A model generated the notes under the pieces. That model was not told the DNA's origin. It ran no database searches and saw only the letters and a program-made list of their open reading frames with translations. Both the position numbers and the translations under genes were made by a program. From Auanema rhodensis (Eukaryota; Animalia; Nematoda): 64,000 bases of DNA. Shown piece by piece: positions 51,779 to 64,000 of this stretch. Each line of letters begins with the position of its first letter. Position 1 is the stretch's first letter. The stretch covers positions 5,642,001 to 5,706,000 of the forward strand of contig OZ059897.1 of the NCBI GenBank assembly GCA_964057225.1. The letters are read 5' to 3'.

Positions 51779-53179
51779 TATTAGCTAGAGTCGTTTAGAC
51801 TGGCGTTGTTTTGGCTGAGGTGACGGGGAGTATATACAGTTAGGGAGGCCACCCTGCCGCGACCCTGTATCGTAACGCCGCGCGGGAAACCCATAATACC
51901 AGAAAATACGTTGACTGCACCTCTTTCAAGCTTCGATATAATTAAACAAAATGAAGCTTCTGAAACAATTTTCTCATCTTTGAGTAAAAAACATTTCAGG
52001 CTATCAGAGCATACCATAATTTATGAAGAAATATAGTAGGGAATTAAAATAACATCGTGTAAACTAAAAAATCTTACAAGTATGTTCTATATTTTTGACA
52101 TTTAAGTAAAGATTTCTCAGTATTTCTTGATTTATATGATCTGAAACTTCTCATGGGTACTGAGAAAAAGGTTGGAAACAATTTGATAAAAAAAATTTAG
52201 AGTTTTAGACGCTAGTTTCAGAAAAAAATTCTCTAAAAGAAGAAGAGGTTGATATCCAGGCATATAAATTTTAGCGAAAAACATAATCGAAATTTCACAA
52301 ACACACTCTGTTCTGTATAAGAAATGATTCCTTTTCATTTTATCAATATTTTTTGATCATTAACAATCACAATATTCCTAACTACAACTTTTTAAACTAA
52401 ATTTAATATAGCCTTTATAATATTGTTCACCGAAACAGATGGGTATTGCATTAAAATATTGATAATACTATTCTACCATTAAATTTTCTTTTATCCAATA
52501 TACTTTTTTTGGCATATTGGATACCTTTCACTTTAAAAAAATGTTTCCATTGAATTTACCACATATTCAGAACTTGAGAGCTGGAAAAGATTATGAAGTT
52601 TGAACAACCGTGCTATCGTGTCTATCGATTGGACAATTCGTTACCATCCTCGAGCAAAACTTGATTCATTTCTTCTAGACTACAGAATTAACATTCTCAC
52701 TTATTGATGATTATAAAAAATTCCTCAATATTTTCTCTATCTCAGATTTTTTTTTAAATTGTATATTTTTTCCAGCAAATATTTTTGGCGTTCTAATTAA
52801 TATTCACAACTTAGTTTCTGATTATACCAATCAAAAAAAACTTCAAAACAATATTTCATTTTCCAACTATTTATCAAGCTTTGCCATGATTTGAATAATA
52901 TTATTTCCAACATTGGTTATATGATAGGACTAGCATCTCCCGCGCGAACTTGTCCTGGGACAGTTAGGTCCTCTATAGAGGTCATTACACATAAACAACT
53001 AGCGATTGGCGTGGTCCCACCCATGCTGAGAGAATAAGTTTGGTGCATAGCTCTAATAACATCTTATTTTAGAATATAGCAATAAAGTTTTATAAGCAAA
53101 ACAATATAACACATAGTGAAATAGCTTGAAATTCAATTGATAAGTGACATTAAAGAGACATACCCGATTTTACCCAATA

Positions 53180-56100
53180 CTAATAACAAAACTGAGCGCA
53201 CAACGCAAAAATTGTAAAAATAAACGCAACTATTAAGACTATCACACAATGCATTACCTGTAAGATGTATAAAAATTAACTTATTATTTCAGTTAAACTT
53301 CACCTCAAATAGTGCTTTGGGAGCAAAAACGGACCAGACGAATAAATGACCAGAAAAATATCTAGAGAAATGGATTATGATACAAATCTATCTTCATAAT
53401 CTTACTGCATAGCTGTCATTGCTGCTCCTGCCAGAAGAACACGGAAGTGTATAATGTAGAAAAAGTTAATGTGCACATCTTTGGACCTGATTTTCGCTGC
53501 AACCTCCTGATCAGCTGGATTGACTAGAACGTTATATTCGGGAGTCGAATATAATCTAGAACAGTTCATAATTCAAAAAAAAAAAGAAAGTATCTCACGT
53601 GTAAGATAGAAGAAAAACAATTGTTGGTGCGAATGTGTTCATAAAGATTTGGAATCCCACAATTACCACGTTATAATTTGATATTCCAAAGTATCCAGCA
53701 TTTATATCAATAGATTCTAGCTTGTTGCTCGTACCCTGCAAAAATACATCGTTGGTTTGACAAACAAATTTAGAATACAGCGTAAAAAAATGTAGCATAT
53801 AGCATAATACAGAAGAAGTAGCGATCTATATAAATCGCTTTTGCTCGGACACCCAGCTCATATGCCTAAAATATGAATTTGAATAATATTTTCAGAAGAT
53901 TCTCACCAAAACTAATAGAATTTGCTGCTCTGGTTTGACCAGATATAAAAGATAAAAGAAGACAGCTACGGTAGGTGATATCCATAGTGATAACAGTGTT
54001 AATAGTAATGACAAGGGCATTATTACTGGGACCACAAGTTCACTTAAAATGACTTTAAATGCTTGATACTACTTTAGAACTTACTTAAAACCAAAAACAA
54101 AAGAAATGCCCTTAATTATTAGTATGAAGCAGTAAAATGGTAAAATTGATTGAAACGTGTATGAACCACGGTATTTGGTTCTTAAATATTTCTGTAGAAC
54201 AGATATCAGGTAAATTCCAGAAAAAATGAAACTAGATCCCGGCAGAATACGGCTGGAACAATATAATAACGTGTGATGAAAAAGTATATATCAATACCCA
54301 AATAAATATTCTGGATCAAACCTCCTGGTTAACCATAGTAAACTCTTCAAAAATGTTGGATCATTATAGATCGGTTTCGGAAGAAGTTCTGTCAGAAATA
54401 ATTACAGTATACTTACTAGAATAATTTTACCTGCGTCCATTTTCCATCGACGTCTGTTGCTTGCTCCAAAAGCATATGAAAAGCGATGGCAAAATAGAAC
54501 AACACATGCATTCCACATAATGAAAACAGCTCGTTTGAATCTTTTTTCTCTAGATAAGTCAGTATCTTGTCGTATCCTCATCTAAAGTACCAGATAAATA
54601 GTAGTCATGCTAAAATCGACTACCGAAGAATCGATGTAAGGAAAACATAAGGCATGCTGCACAACTTGAAAGGCACGTATCACAACCGCAGCACTAGTAA
54701 AATAATTCCTACACAACGTGAACAAAAAATTATTGTATAAAACTTGCCAGATATCGTGCTCTTCTTCCACAAGACTACTGGCAAAGCATGATAAAACGGG
54801 TGTCAACAATAGAAACCATTCAACTACATGATATACATTAACCAAATGCTTAATTTAAGTACCATTAGATTCATTTTTAGATATATTGAAACACTTACTC
54901 TGAACCCGATCATACGAACATGTTTAATATCATTAAACATCATTAAAGGTCCAATCTTCAAACAAATTAAGTGAAAATATTTCAATACTTTTTCAGTTGC
55001 TTACCACTCCTACTAATACAAGCCCAGAGTAAGAAGCAACTTCCCAAGTTTCATCTACAGATCGTAAAATTCTTTGTTGTAGTTCCCTACTCCAAGTTTT
55101 AATAGTATCAGCCGAAGGATAAACTGAAAATCAATTTTAAGAGAAAAAATATCTAATACGCTTTTTTACCTAATGAATCACCAATACTACAGATTTTACG
55201 TTTATCATCTTTATGTGATGCTGTTAAGAATTGTTCTACTGATTTCGCATCTCAAAATATCAATATGATTTTGTTATATCTAATATTTACTTACGTTTAA
55301 CGTATCTGCTCAGTTGTATACACAGGCGTACATTACTATGGAGTAGAGTTTTATATTGCAAATACCAATATCTAAACCAAAACGAAATAACAAGTTTTAT
55401 AAGAACTAACTTTTGAATTAAAGGTAATAAGGAAACTCCTCTGGTTCGTTCAGGTAGAGGAATCCTTAAGAACTCAGACATAGTGGTAGCAATGTCAACT
55501 TGAAAGACGTCATAAGGTTCATCTACAAATTATTTATAAAATTGCTTTTCATTTTTCGCTCACCTTTTCCTAATTTCATGGTATTAATAACTTTTGCTTT
55601 ATTATTAAAAATAACTATAGGTACTTCTGTTTCATCTTGCGAAGCACCACCATGAGCTCCTTGATCATTCATACCATGATCACCGATAACCACCATTATA
55701 ACCGGATTAGTCTCCTATAACACAAGACATTCCATCATGAATAAAAATGAAAAACTTACAGATAAAGTGGTATATATTTCAGAAATCACATTATCCATTT
55801 CTGTTAACTTTGGTTTTATTTTAGATGATTTAGCTCCAAGAAAGTGCCCTAAATATGTAGTGTTAGAATATGCATACTTGAAACCAGACACAACCGCATC
55901 AATGTCATTAAAAATGTAAAATGATTTCATGCGCATTTCATTTTCAATTTTCATATTCATTTACCTATATGATCTAGTCCAAGATAATGAAGAATTAAAA
56001 CATCCCATTCAGTTCCATTCAGTTGTTTCCGCATGTTAGATGTAACATTTTTATCAATCTCAAGCAATTTGATGAAATAACAAAAATTGAAGCACTTGTA

Positions 56101-56776
56101 ATTTACCTCAATATAATCTTGAACATTGAAAGATGGAACTCCTTGATGATGAGCAAAATAATTTGGAAACAGCTTCACCCAAGTATCATCTCCATAGAAA
56201 AATATTCTTAAGCGTACATATTATGTACAGTAGAGTTGTTTATTTTACAATACCGTTTTTTCTGATCATAAGCTCTCTTAACCCAACTATCAACTGTTGA
56301 CTGTGAAGTAAAAAAATTATAAACTGCCTGAGCAAATGAAGGAATAATTCCAGATGTCATTGCCTAAATAATTTTATTTATCATAATCACCGGGTTTTCA
56401 ACCTTAATTCTTGGCATAGTTACTGTAGGTGGTTGAACTACACCTTTGAACAAAATTGCTTTTCCCGTTTCTATACTTTTTCTCGTGAATTTCATCGGTG
56501 AATTTGATGATGCAAGAAAATCATATTTCCAAGCATCTACAACCATGAAAACAACTTTTGCTCCTGGTGTCAGAAAATTGTCTCTATCTTGGGTTTGAGG
56601 ACCACATTCTAAACGAAGATGAATGTCAGAAAGGAACAGATAAACGAACTGCTATAATCAAAATTTCCTAAATTTATAACTGGAAATGTGTAATCCACAT
56701 CATGACAAAATCCGGAAAAAAACAAAAAGCAACCCGTTAGTGCAATAACGATCACAATCTGCAAGGTACAAAACAT
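53180..56776 (-). CDS. GPI ethanolamine phosphate transferase 2 (PIGG/GPI7-like, multi-exon)
   Basis: VVFMVVDAW, PPTVTMPRIKAMTSG, FYGDDTW, WDVLILHYLGLDHIG, GDHGM..GAHGGAS..ETEVP, EEEHDIW, QGTSN.L.SID...GY, HLFVWSVFAPK. Confidence 0.88.
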
Positions 56777-56838
56777 ACGGATGTTTTCACAATTTTAACT
56801 AACAAACAGCCAATTCAATGTTTTATAACTTCCAGGTT

Positions 56839-57018
56839 CAGAAATCCTCCAATGTGCTAAATTTAATACTTCCCTTCCAGTTGGGAAAATCGGCATCTGG
56901 AAATTTTCGATAAAAGAGAAAATCTGAATGATAAAATTACCTGTGGGCCCAGTATCTCATCATGATTTTCTATAAGAGCTCCAGTCGTTTTGTCTTCACG
57001 TTCGCGACTTCGATTCAT
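56839..57018 (-). other. Possible spliced 45-codon ORF immediately upstream of PIGG (uORF or small operon gene)
   Basis: MNRSREREDKTTGALIENHDEILGPT|DADFPNWKGSIKFSTLEDF* with a canonical CAG|gtaatt...ttccag intron. The stop lies ~60 nt before the PIGG ATG. Confidence 0.3.
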
Positions 57019-57290
57019 TTTCAATAGTTAAGATTTAATGCTTCAGCATTACGTCTATTCCTGTAGATAATAAGTATTTTAGTAAGTTTAATACAAACGT
57101 TTTTGGTATACATATTGATTAAAAAATTATATGTCACATCAGCTTTCCAAACTACAATCTACAAGAGCAGGAATTGTGCTCCGCAACTTATAATTAAACT
57201 TGACTCTTCGATATCTTGACTCGTTCTTCAATTAGCCAGCATTAGTGTCTGGTTTGAAAAAAGTTGCTATCGATAATAGATTCATTAAGA

Positions 57291-58413
57291 CCGGGTATGG
57301 AAAACGACATTTTCGATCCATGATATCAACAACGAGAGGGAAAGCCGGTTACATTCACCCAATGGGGTCGAGCGATGTCTGTTCTTCCTTCTCAGTTTGA
57401 CTTTACCTAAGCCAAATTCATACATTTCGTATTAATATTTATCATTGAACTTTAAATTATGTCAACATTTTTCCAGACATGCTATTGATATATATATTAA
57501 TTATAAGTATATATAAAGTATACTGCCAAAATGCTTTTTTAAAAAACCCTGATCCTGCTTTATTACAAGAATATATAAATGCTATTACTGCTTATGGTCC
57601 TGGTTTGGGAGTTTTCAGTAAGCTATTCAATGATGATATGACTTATTAATGTTCTTCAATAGGTCCTTATTCATATGTCGATATCTCCTATGATAACATT
57701 CCCTTCGTGGGAAAAATTCCTATATTTGGTAAAGAAGGAACGTCTTCCAAACTTGGAATATCACCTTTCTATCCACCTGAAGGAAATCCCAGCAATCCTT
57801 TCCCTCCGCTTTATAGGTTTTACACTATTGAATTAAAAGCAAATGCTTCTACTTTAGAGCTCGTCCACTTCCTCTACATGTTCCCGAACCACAAGACGTT
57901 GTTGCTGTGCCTTTAGATGAGGAAGCATTACACGGAGAGCCACTATTTCCTCCGGGTTAAACTTTCTGTTGATAGCGAATAACTAATAATCTGTATTCTA
58001 GAGCTTACTCTTCCTGGTGAAAAAGCCCAACAGGAAAAAGAACAAGAAATTATCGAAAAACCCGAAGACCCATTTAACGAGAGTGAACAAACGGAAACTC
58101 CGGCAAGCCATAAGTATCAAATTAATTAAAACTAAGTTGGTTTACTTCAGGAAGGTTTTGTAAATTGGAAAAATGTGAACGAAGCAGACGATATGACCAC
58201 TGGAGTAAAAAGTATGTTTATTTTCAAAAACGTCATCGATTTCAATGAAACTATTTAGATGTTAAAGGAGAAACTACTATTATGGATATGGTGTCCGAGA
58301 AAAATGCCAAACCGGAAGAAATTAAGAAAATATCTTTCGAAAGGGACCATGACCACCCAAAAAGTCCTTTCAGAACAAAACGCATAAGAAGATGGGCCAT
58401 TGTAAATATATAA
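57291..58413 (+). CDS. Hypothetical Pro/Glu-rich protein (multi-exon, start uncertain)
   Basis: Short-intron exons join in frame (GPYSYVDISYDNIPF...PLPLHVPEPQ...EGFVNWKN...RWAIVNI*). No family was recognised. Convergent with cpf-1. Confidence 0.55.
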
Positions 58414-58542
58414 GGAAGTATAATATCCTAAAAAAACATGTATACCCTGTATTTATATATTATTTATTTAAAAGTATGAGATTATATTATACAAATTGTT
58501 TCAAATTCCGGTCAGAGGATTATATAACAATATAAAGTTTAT

Positions 58543-60219
58543 TTATAATGTGCCCGTTCCTTTCTTATACCAGAACCTAGCTCTGAAATCATCGCTTCCA
58601 GTTACGAAGGCGGGCATAGTTGGAGAATGTACAAATGCTCGAGCAGCAGCTGTATGTCCTATATTTAAAAACATAGATTTACAGTGTTAACCTATACTAT
58701 ACCTAAAGCTAGCAGGCGTTTCCTATCCGAATTTCTGGCATCCCAAGAACACATACTTCCAGATTTTTCATCAGGGAATAAAACTGAACAATTTCATTCG
58801 AAAAAATAACAAAGAAATAAATAAACCGTAATCTTCATTATGATTGAAAGCAGCGTGTACTGGAAAATCTTGGATCCCAGTAGCACCAGCACCAGTATAA
58901 GCAATTAAACATCTATTTGTTGATAACTCCCATAGTTTAACTATGCTATCCATACCACTTGTTAATATGTACTGAAGCAACAAATTCCATAATTTAAGTA
59001 ATTCAGTAAACTTACTTTTCCATTTCTTGTAAAACGAGCTGAGCAAATTGCAGCAGCATCGTGTGCTCTTGCAAATGTTTCAATGCAACGATTAGATATT
59101 CCATCCCAAATCTTTACGTCTCCGTCTTTGGAACCTGTCACAAGCAATCGCGCGTTATCAGAATAATTCACCTTAAATTTTAACAATTTCAAAATTAAAG
59201 AAAACAGAGTACTTACATCTAACACTATATCTCTATGTTGATCAGCTGCATTTGCACTAACAAAACATTGAGCGGTCTCTACATTATACAACCTGACGGT
59301 AGGATGCTCAGTAGTTACAAACAGGTACTCCCCTCCAGGATGAAATGATATAGCTCTAATAGGATATACTTCCTGTAGTAAATAAAGTACTAAAAAAAGT
59401 ATGGATATTTAAAAGTTATACCGAAATGGTTTTCATGGCTCTTTTCACAGCAGTTTTAGAGTAATCAAACATTTTCACAGTTTTATCATTTGAACCTGAT
59501 ACTAGAATTTGTTCACGGGGATGAAAAGCGACTGTTGTAACTTCCTGGAGTAAGTTAAATAAGAAACATATTACTAAAAAAAACTTACATCAATATGATC
59601 ATAGAGAGTACGAATTACCGGGTGTTGAGAATCAGGTCCTTCACTTTGATCACCTCGCATATCTCGAGAAATCATTCTATCTACATCAAGAATTTTGATT
59701 GAACAATCTGCAGAGCCTGTAGCAACAAGAGTTCCTGGAAAAAACAATTGTTCTAAAAATCTGAACCACAGGCAATACTACCATCAGAGTTAAAAGCCGC
59801 AGCTCTACAAGCAGCTTTGTGGGAAGTCAAATATATGGTTTCATACATACATGGTTCGGGGGATGATGGTACAATATCGGCATCAAATTCGAGATCTAAT
59901 CCACTGGACAAAGCTTCAAACTTTAGAAAGGTTATTAAAATATATTATTTAAAATTCGTACTTGAATAGACGTTTCCTTATCCTTGGAATCAGGATCGTC
60001 AACAAATTGTTTGGCAATCGAAACTAATCTGAACAGCTTATCAGACGGTGGTGGAGGTTGAGAAGAGCACCCAATCGCTTGTGCAAGAGATAGAGCAAGT
60101 TGTTGATGACCATCATAGAACAATTGTCTGAACAAAATATTTTCAGATCAAATAATATTTATAGCAGACCCTATGATTAAGCGGTACATATAATCGCGAT
60201 CTTTGATGTCGGGGTTCAT
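58543..60219 (-). CDS. cpf-1: Cleavage stimulation factor 50-kDa subunit (WD40)
   Basis: [82 protein letters not shown]. Confidence 0.95.
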
Positions 60220-60650
60220 TTCAACCTAAAATTGTTTTATTAAATTTGATATTGATTTTATTTTTAACAACATTCAACCCTATATTCATAAATGAAATAT
60301 AATATAATATAATACTGAAAGCTGTTTAAATAAATTTGAAAAAGTTTATTTTATTTTCAAAATTGGTCTCGACTTGAAAGTTACAGTAATTCATCGCAAT
60401 TTTTGCGAAACGAGCAAATTTTGGGCCATTCATCGCTGGTCAGCTCATTTTGCTATTTCCACATTTGACACGAGTATTATTTCTTGAGAAGTTTCAGAGT
60501 TATAATGGTTTTTTTTGTAAATTTTAAGTTTTCATGAAATTAGATTTATTTTTACCATTTATTTTTTTATTTTTGTTAATGTTTGAACGTCATTTAATAT
60601 TTTTTGTTTCACATATATTAGTCTATTTATGCTCTTTCTTACAGGGTACC

Positions 60651-61230
60651 ATGAAGTTCAACAGATTTGTTACCAAAGACTCTGGTAAGAACCGCAAGCA
60701 GCATTTCAATGCTCCTTCCCACGAGCGTAGACGTATTATGTCTTCTCCTCTTACCAAGGATTTGAGAGCTAAGCACGGAATCCGTTCCATTCCCATCAGG
60801 TAAGCCATTTCATTAGTGTTTTTAAATTAAATTTTATTTTAGAGTTGATGATGAGGTAGTAGTCATGCGTGGACGTCATAAGGGAAACAACGGACGTGTT
60901 ATCCGTTGCTACCGTAAGAAGTTCGTTATTCATATTGACAAGATCACCCGCGAGAAAGCCAATGGATCTACCGTGCATATCGGAATCCACCCTTCTAAGG
61001 TGAGGTTTTGAATAAACTAGTTCCGGTGCACATACTATGAACAATGGTAGAGGTATGGTACCGTTTCACTGTTTATTCTCTTTGGCCCAAATAATATTTG
61101 AGTTCAGGTTGCCGTTACAAAGCTGAAGCTTGACAAGGATCGTCGTGCTATTGTTGAGAGAAAGGCCGCCGGACGTTCTCGTGTCCTCGGAACCCTCAAG
61201 GGAAAGCACTCTGACGAATCAGTTAACTGA
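60651..61230 (+). CDS. rpl-26: 60S ribosomal protein L26
   Basis: [34 protein letters not shown]...[29 protein letters not shown]. Two introns; the second (61000-61107) is 108 nt. Confidence 0.97.
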
Positions 61231-61359
61231 TCATCTTAATTGTTGTTATGGTTTACATAAATCATTTGTTTAATTATCTCATGTTGTTTTCTTGGATTTT
61301 ACCCTTGGAATATTTTGGTAAAGTTGTTGGTGGTCATACGATACGAAGAAAATTTAGAA

Positions 61360-63957
61360 ATGGCTGGGGCTTCTGTTCTAAGTCCGGAACGGAGAATTGA
61401 AACTAATCCTTTTGATGTAGATGCGTGGAACTTGCTGTTAAGAGAGCAGCAGGTAAAATGCAACTGGGTGGGAAGTCTGTTAATATCATAATTCAGGCAA
61501 GGCCCATTGACCAAGCTAGAGTATTTTACGAGAAGTTGGTCACTCAGTTCCCAAATTCTGGTCGGTACTGGAAAGCATATATAGAACACGAAGTGAGAAG
61601 AAATAATTTGTTTTTAAGGATATTACAGACATCTTTTTGCCGCTTCCTTATTTTGATAGCAGTGTTGGCTCAGAAATTATCTGTTCACGACTTTAACTGT
61701 ATAAGTGAAATAAATATTTTTCCGCTGCCTAATTCGCGTAAACCTTAGCGTTAAACTAAACCAAGCTGCTTAAACAAATTAAAAAAATGTTATATTGAGA
61801 AGAAATGACTAATGTAATCAAAGTTGACAAGTAAAATGTTGTTTCTTTTTCAGCTACGAGGGAAAAATTTCGAAAATGTGGAAGCGGTATGTTGGATATA
61901 TGAAAGTTTCTAGAACTATCAAGTTTTTAGCTTTTTGGAAGGTGCTTAGTGCACGTTTTAAATATCGACCTATGGAAGACATACGTTTTCTATGTAAGAG
62001 AGACAAAAGGACTCCTCTCCACATTTAGGTAAATGTCAGAATATAACTAGATTCATGTTTTGTTCAGAGAAAAAATGGCTAAAGCCTATGATTTTGCTCT
62101 GGAGAAAGTGGGTCTTGACGTAAACTCTTATTCGATTTATGCTGATTATATATCATTCCTAAAAATTGTGTATGTTTGATGTAAGTTGAACTGAATTTAT
62201 AAGCATTTTCCAGACCAGCAGTAGGACAATATGCTGAAAATCAAAGAATTACTGCTGTTCGTAAAGTATATCAAAGAGGAGTTTCAACTCCTATGCTCAA
62301 TATTGACACTCTATGGCAAGATTATTGCAATTATGAAAAAAGTATTAATCCAACATTAGCTGAAAAATTGATTGCGGAACGAAGTAAAGAGTATCAAGTA
62401 GATCAAGTGACTTTGAATGCCTAATTGACAATTGTATTTAAGGCTGCCAAAAAAGTCACTAAGAGTTTAGAAGCTGTTGCTCGTGGTATTAACCGTCAAG
62501 CTGTTTCTGTTCCTCCAAGAGGAAGTACTCAAGAATTGAAACAGGTAGAAATGTGGAAGAAGTATATCCAATGGGAAAAATCGAATCCGTTAGAAACTGA
62601 AGAGTATGGACAGTTTGCTAAAAGAGGTAATTTATATTTGCTTATATTCTTCTCTATGTATATTATACATATGAAATTTTAGTTGTATATGCCTATGAGC
62701 AAGCCCTGCTTTGTCTTGGATATTATCCTGATATTTGGTATGAAGCAGCTGTTTTTTTGCAAGAAGCTAGTAAAATGCTTGAGCAGAAAGGAGATGTTAG
62801 AACGGCTCAGCAAATGACTGAAGAAGTAGTTCGTGAGTTTCATTATGAAATTTATTTTTATCAATGTTATTGTATCATCTAGAACTGTTCGAAAGAGCTG
62901 TAAATGGACTTATGAAGGATTCACAGCTCTTATACTATGCTTACGCTGATTTCGAAGAAGAGAGAATGCAGTTTGACAGCGTTAAAAAAATTTATGACAA
63001 ACTTCTAGCGATTGTTGGAATAGATCCTACCTTGGTATATTTTCAAAAGATGAAATTTGTATTCATATATGTTCCAGACTTACATTCAATTTCTAAAATT
63101 TGTTCGTCGTACCGAAGGTGTGAAATCCGCTCGTTTACTATTCAAAAGAGCAAGAGAAGATAAGAGAACCTCTTATCATATATTTGTTGCTTCTGCTTTA
63201 ATGGAATACTACTGCAGTAAGGTATATTTCCTTTTTCCTTTTTTTTATTTTGGTATTTGTTTACAGGATAAAGATATTGCCATGAGAGTTTTCGACCTAG
63301 GATTGAAAAAATATGGCGATGAACCTGAATATGCTTGCGCATATGTTGATTTTCTTTCTCACTTGAATGGTTTCAATTAACATTTGACTTCTGAAATTAT
63401 AAGTATAATTTTTTTTTCAGAAGACAACAACACTCGTGTAGTATTCGAAAGAATATTAACCTCTGTTACAATGCCTCCAGAAAAACAAGGGTAATTTGTA
63501 GAATTTATTATTTTATTAATCTATTGAAATTTTCTAGCGACATTTGGGATAGGTATCTTGAATTTGAATCATTAGTTGGTGATCTAGCTTCTACTTTAAA
63601 AGTAGATGAACGAAGAAAGCAAGCTTCTAAAGATTCTGGCTCTGAAGCAGTCATGTTGATTGATAGGTAATGAATACTTTTTCGATCAAGTATAATTTAT
63701 TTTTGAAGGTATAAATTTTTAAACTTGGTTCCTTGCACTCATGAACAATTACGACTTATGGGCTATAATGTAAGTTTTAACAATTAAATCCTTTTGATGG
63801 GCTATATTTTTAGAAAACTGTACGAGGAAGCACATCAGTTACTTCCAATACTACTTCCACTCCCGCTGCTGCTCCTGCTGCAAGATCAGTGCATTGCCCT
63901 CAAGCGGCTAGTGCTGTAATGGGGGGAAATACAGGGAACAACATGGAGCTTGGAGGG
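61360..63957 (+). CDS. suf-1: Cleavage stimulation factor 77-kDa subunit (HAT repeats), runs off the window end
   Basis: [96 protein letters not shown]. The ATG is 130 nt after the rpl-26 stop (operon-like). Confidence 0.95.
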
Positions 63958-64000
63958 TTAGTTATATGCATTAGTTTAAAATTTTGTTCATGATTCACAA

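Noticed and set aside
51060-51784. Long hydrophobic + strand ORFs (176, 123 and 64 aa)
   Set aside because: They are antisense shadows of the Lys/Ala-rich H1 codons.
1-64000. CRISPR arrays, rRNA, tRNA, SL RNA genes, telomeric TTAGGC arrays
   Set aside because: None was recognised by eye. The window is eukaryotic, and only isolated single TTAGGC hexamers occur.

Overview
AT-rich eukaryotic DNA with very short introns (~45 nt), TTTCAG/TTTTAG acceptors, acceptor-like sites just before ATGs and operon-like spacing, which indicates a rhabditid nematode genome. Gene models were assembled by hand from splice signals, so exon boundaries are approximate. Housekeeping blocks sit at both ends. The left block holds a DOMON protein, skpt-1/SKP2, pbs-3, ulp-2, a del-10-like DEG/ENaC and a small KDEL protein. 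The right block holds an NHR, histone H1, PIGG, cpf-1/CstF-50, rpl-26 and suf-1/CstF-77. An ADAL gene and a large-intron RGK GTPase gene lie in the middle. The standout is 13.8-29.4 kb, a compact 'minimal Notch' locus. Two LIN-12/GLP-1-type receptor genes with NO EGF repeats (signal peptide, one 4-Cys LNR, HD-like region, TM, RAM WxP motif, ankyrins) form the arms of a near-perfect 2.6-kb inverted repeat. One copy ends just after the ankyrins (no PEST) and the other keeps a PEST-like tail. A third partial copy brackets a GC-richer 2.3-kb insert. About 2.7 kb away is a transmembrane DSL ligand gene that also has no EGF repeats. Other notable signals are an intron-containing H1 gene carrying the histone 3' stem-loop, a candidate autoregulatory intronic poly(A) site in suf-1, a hairpin-masked alternative 5' splice site in rpl-26, and three candidate GC-AG introns.
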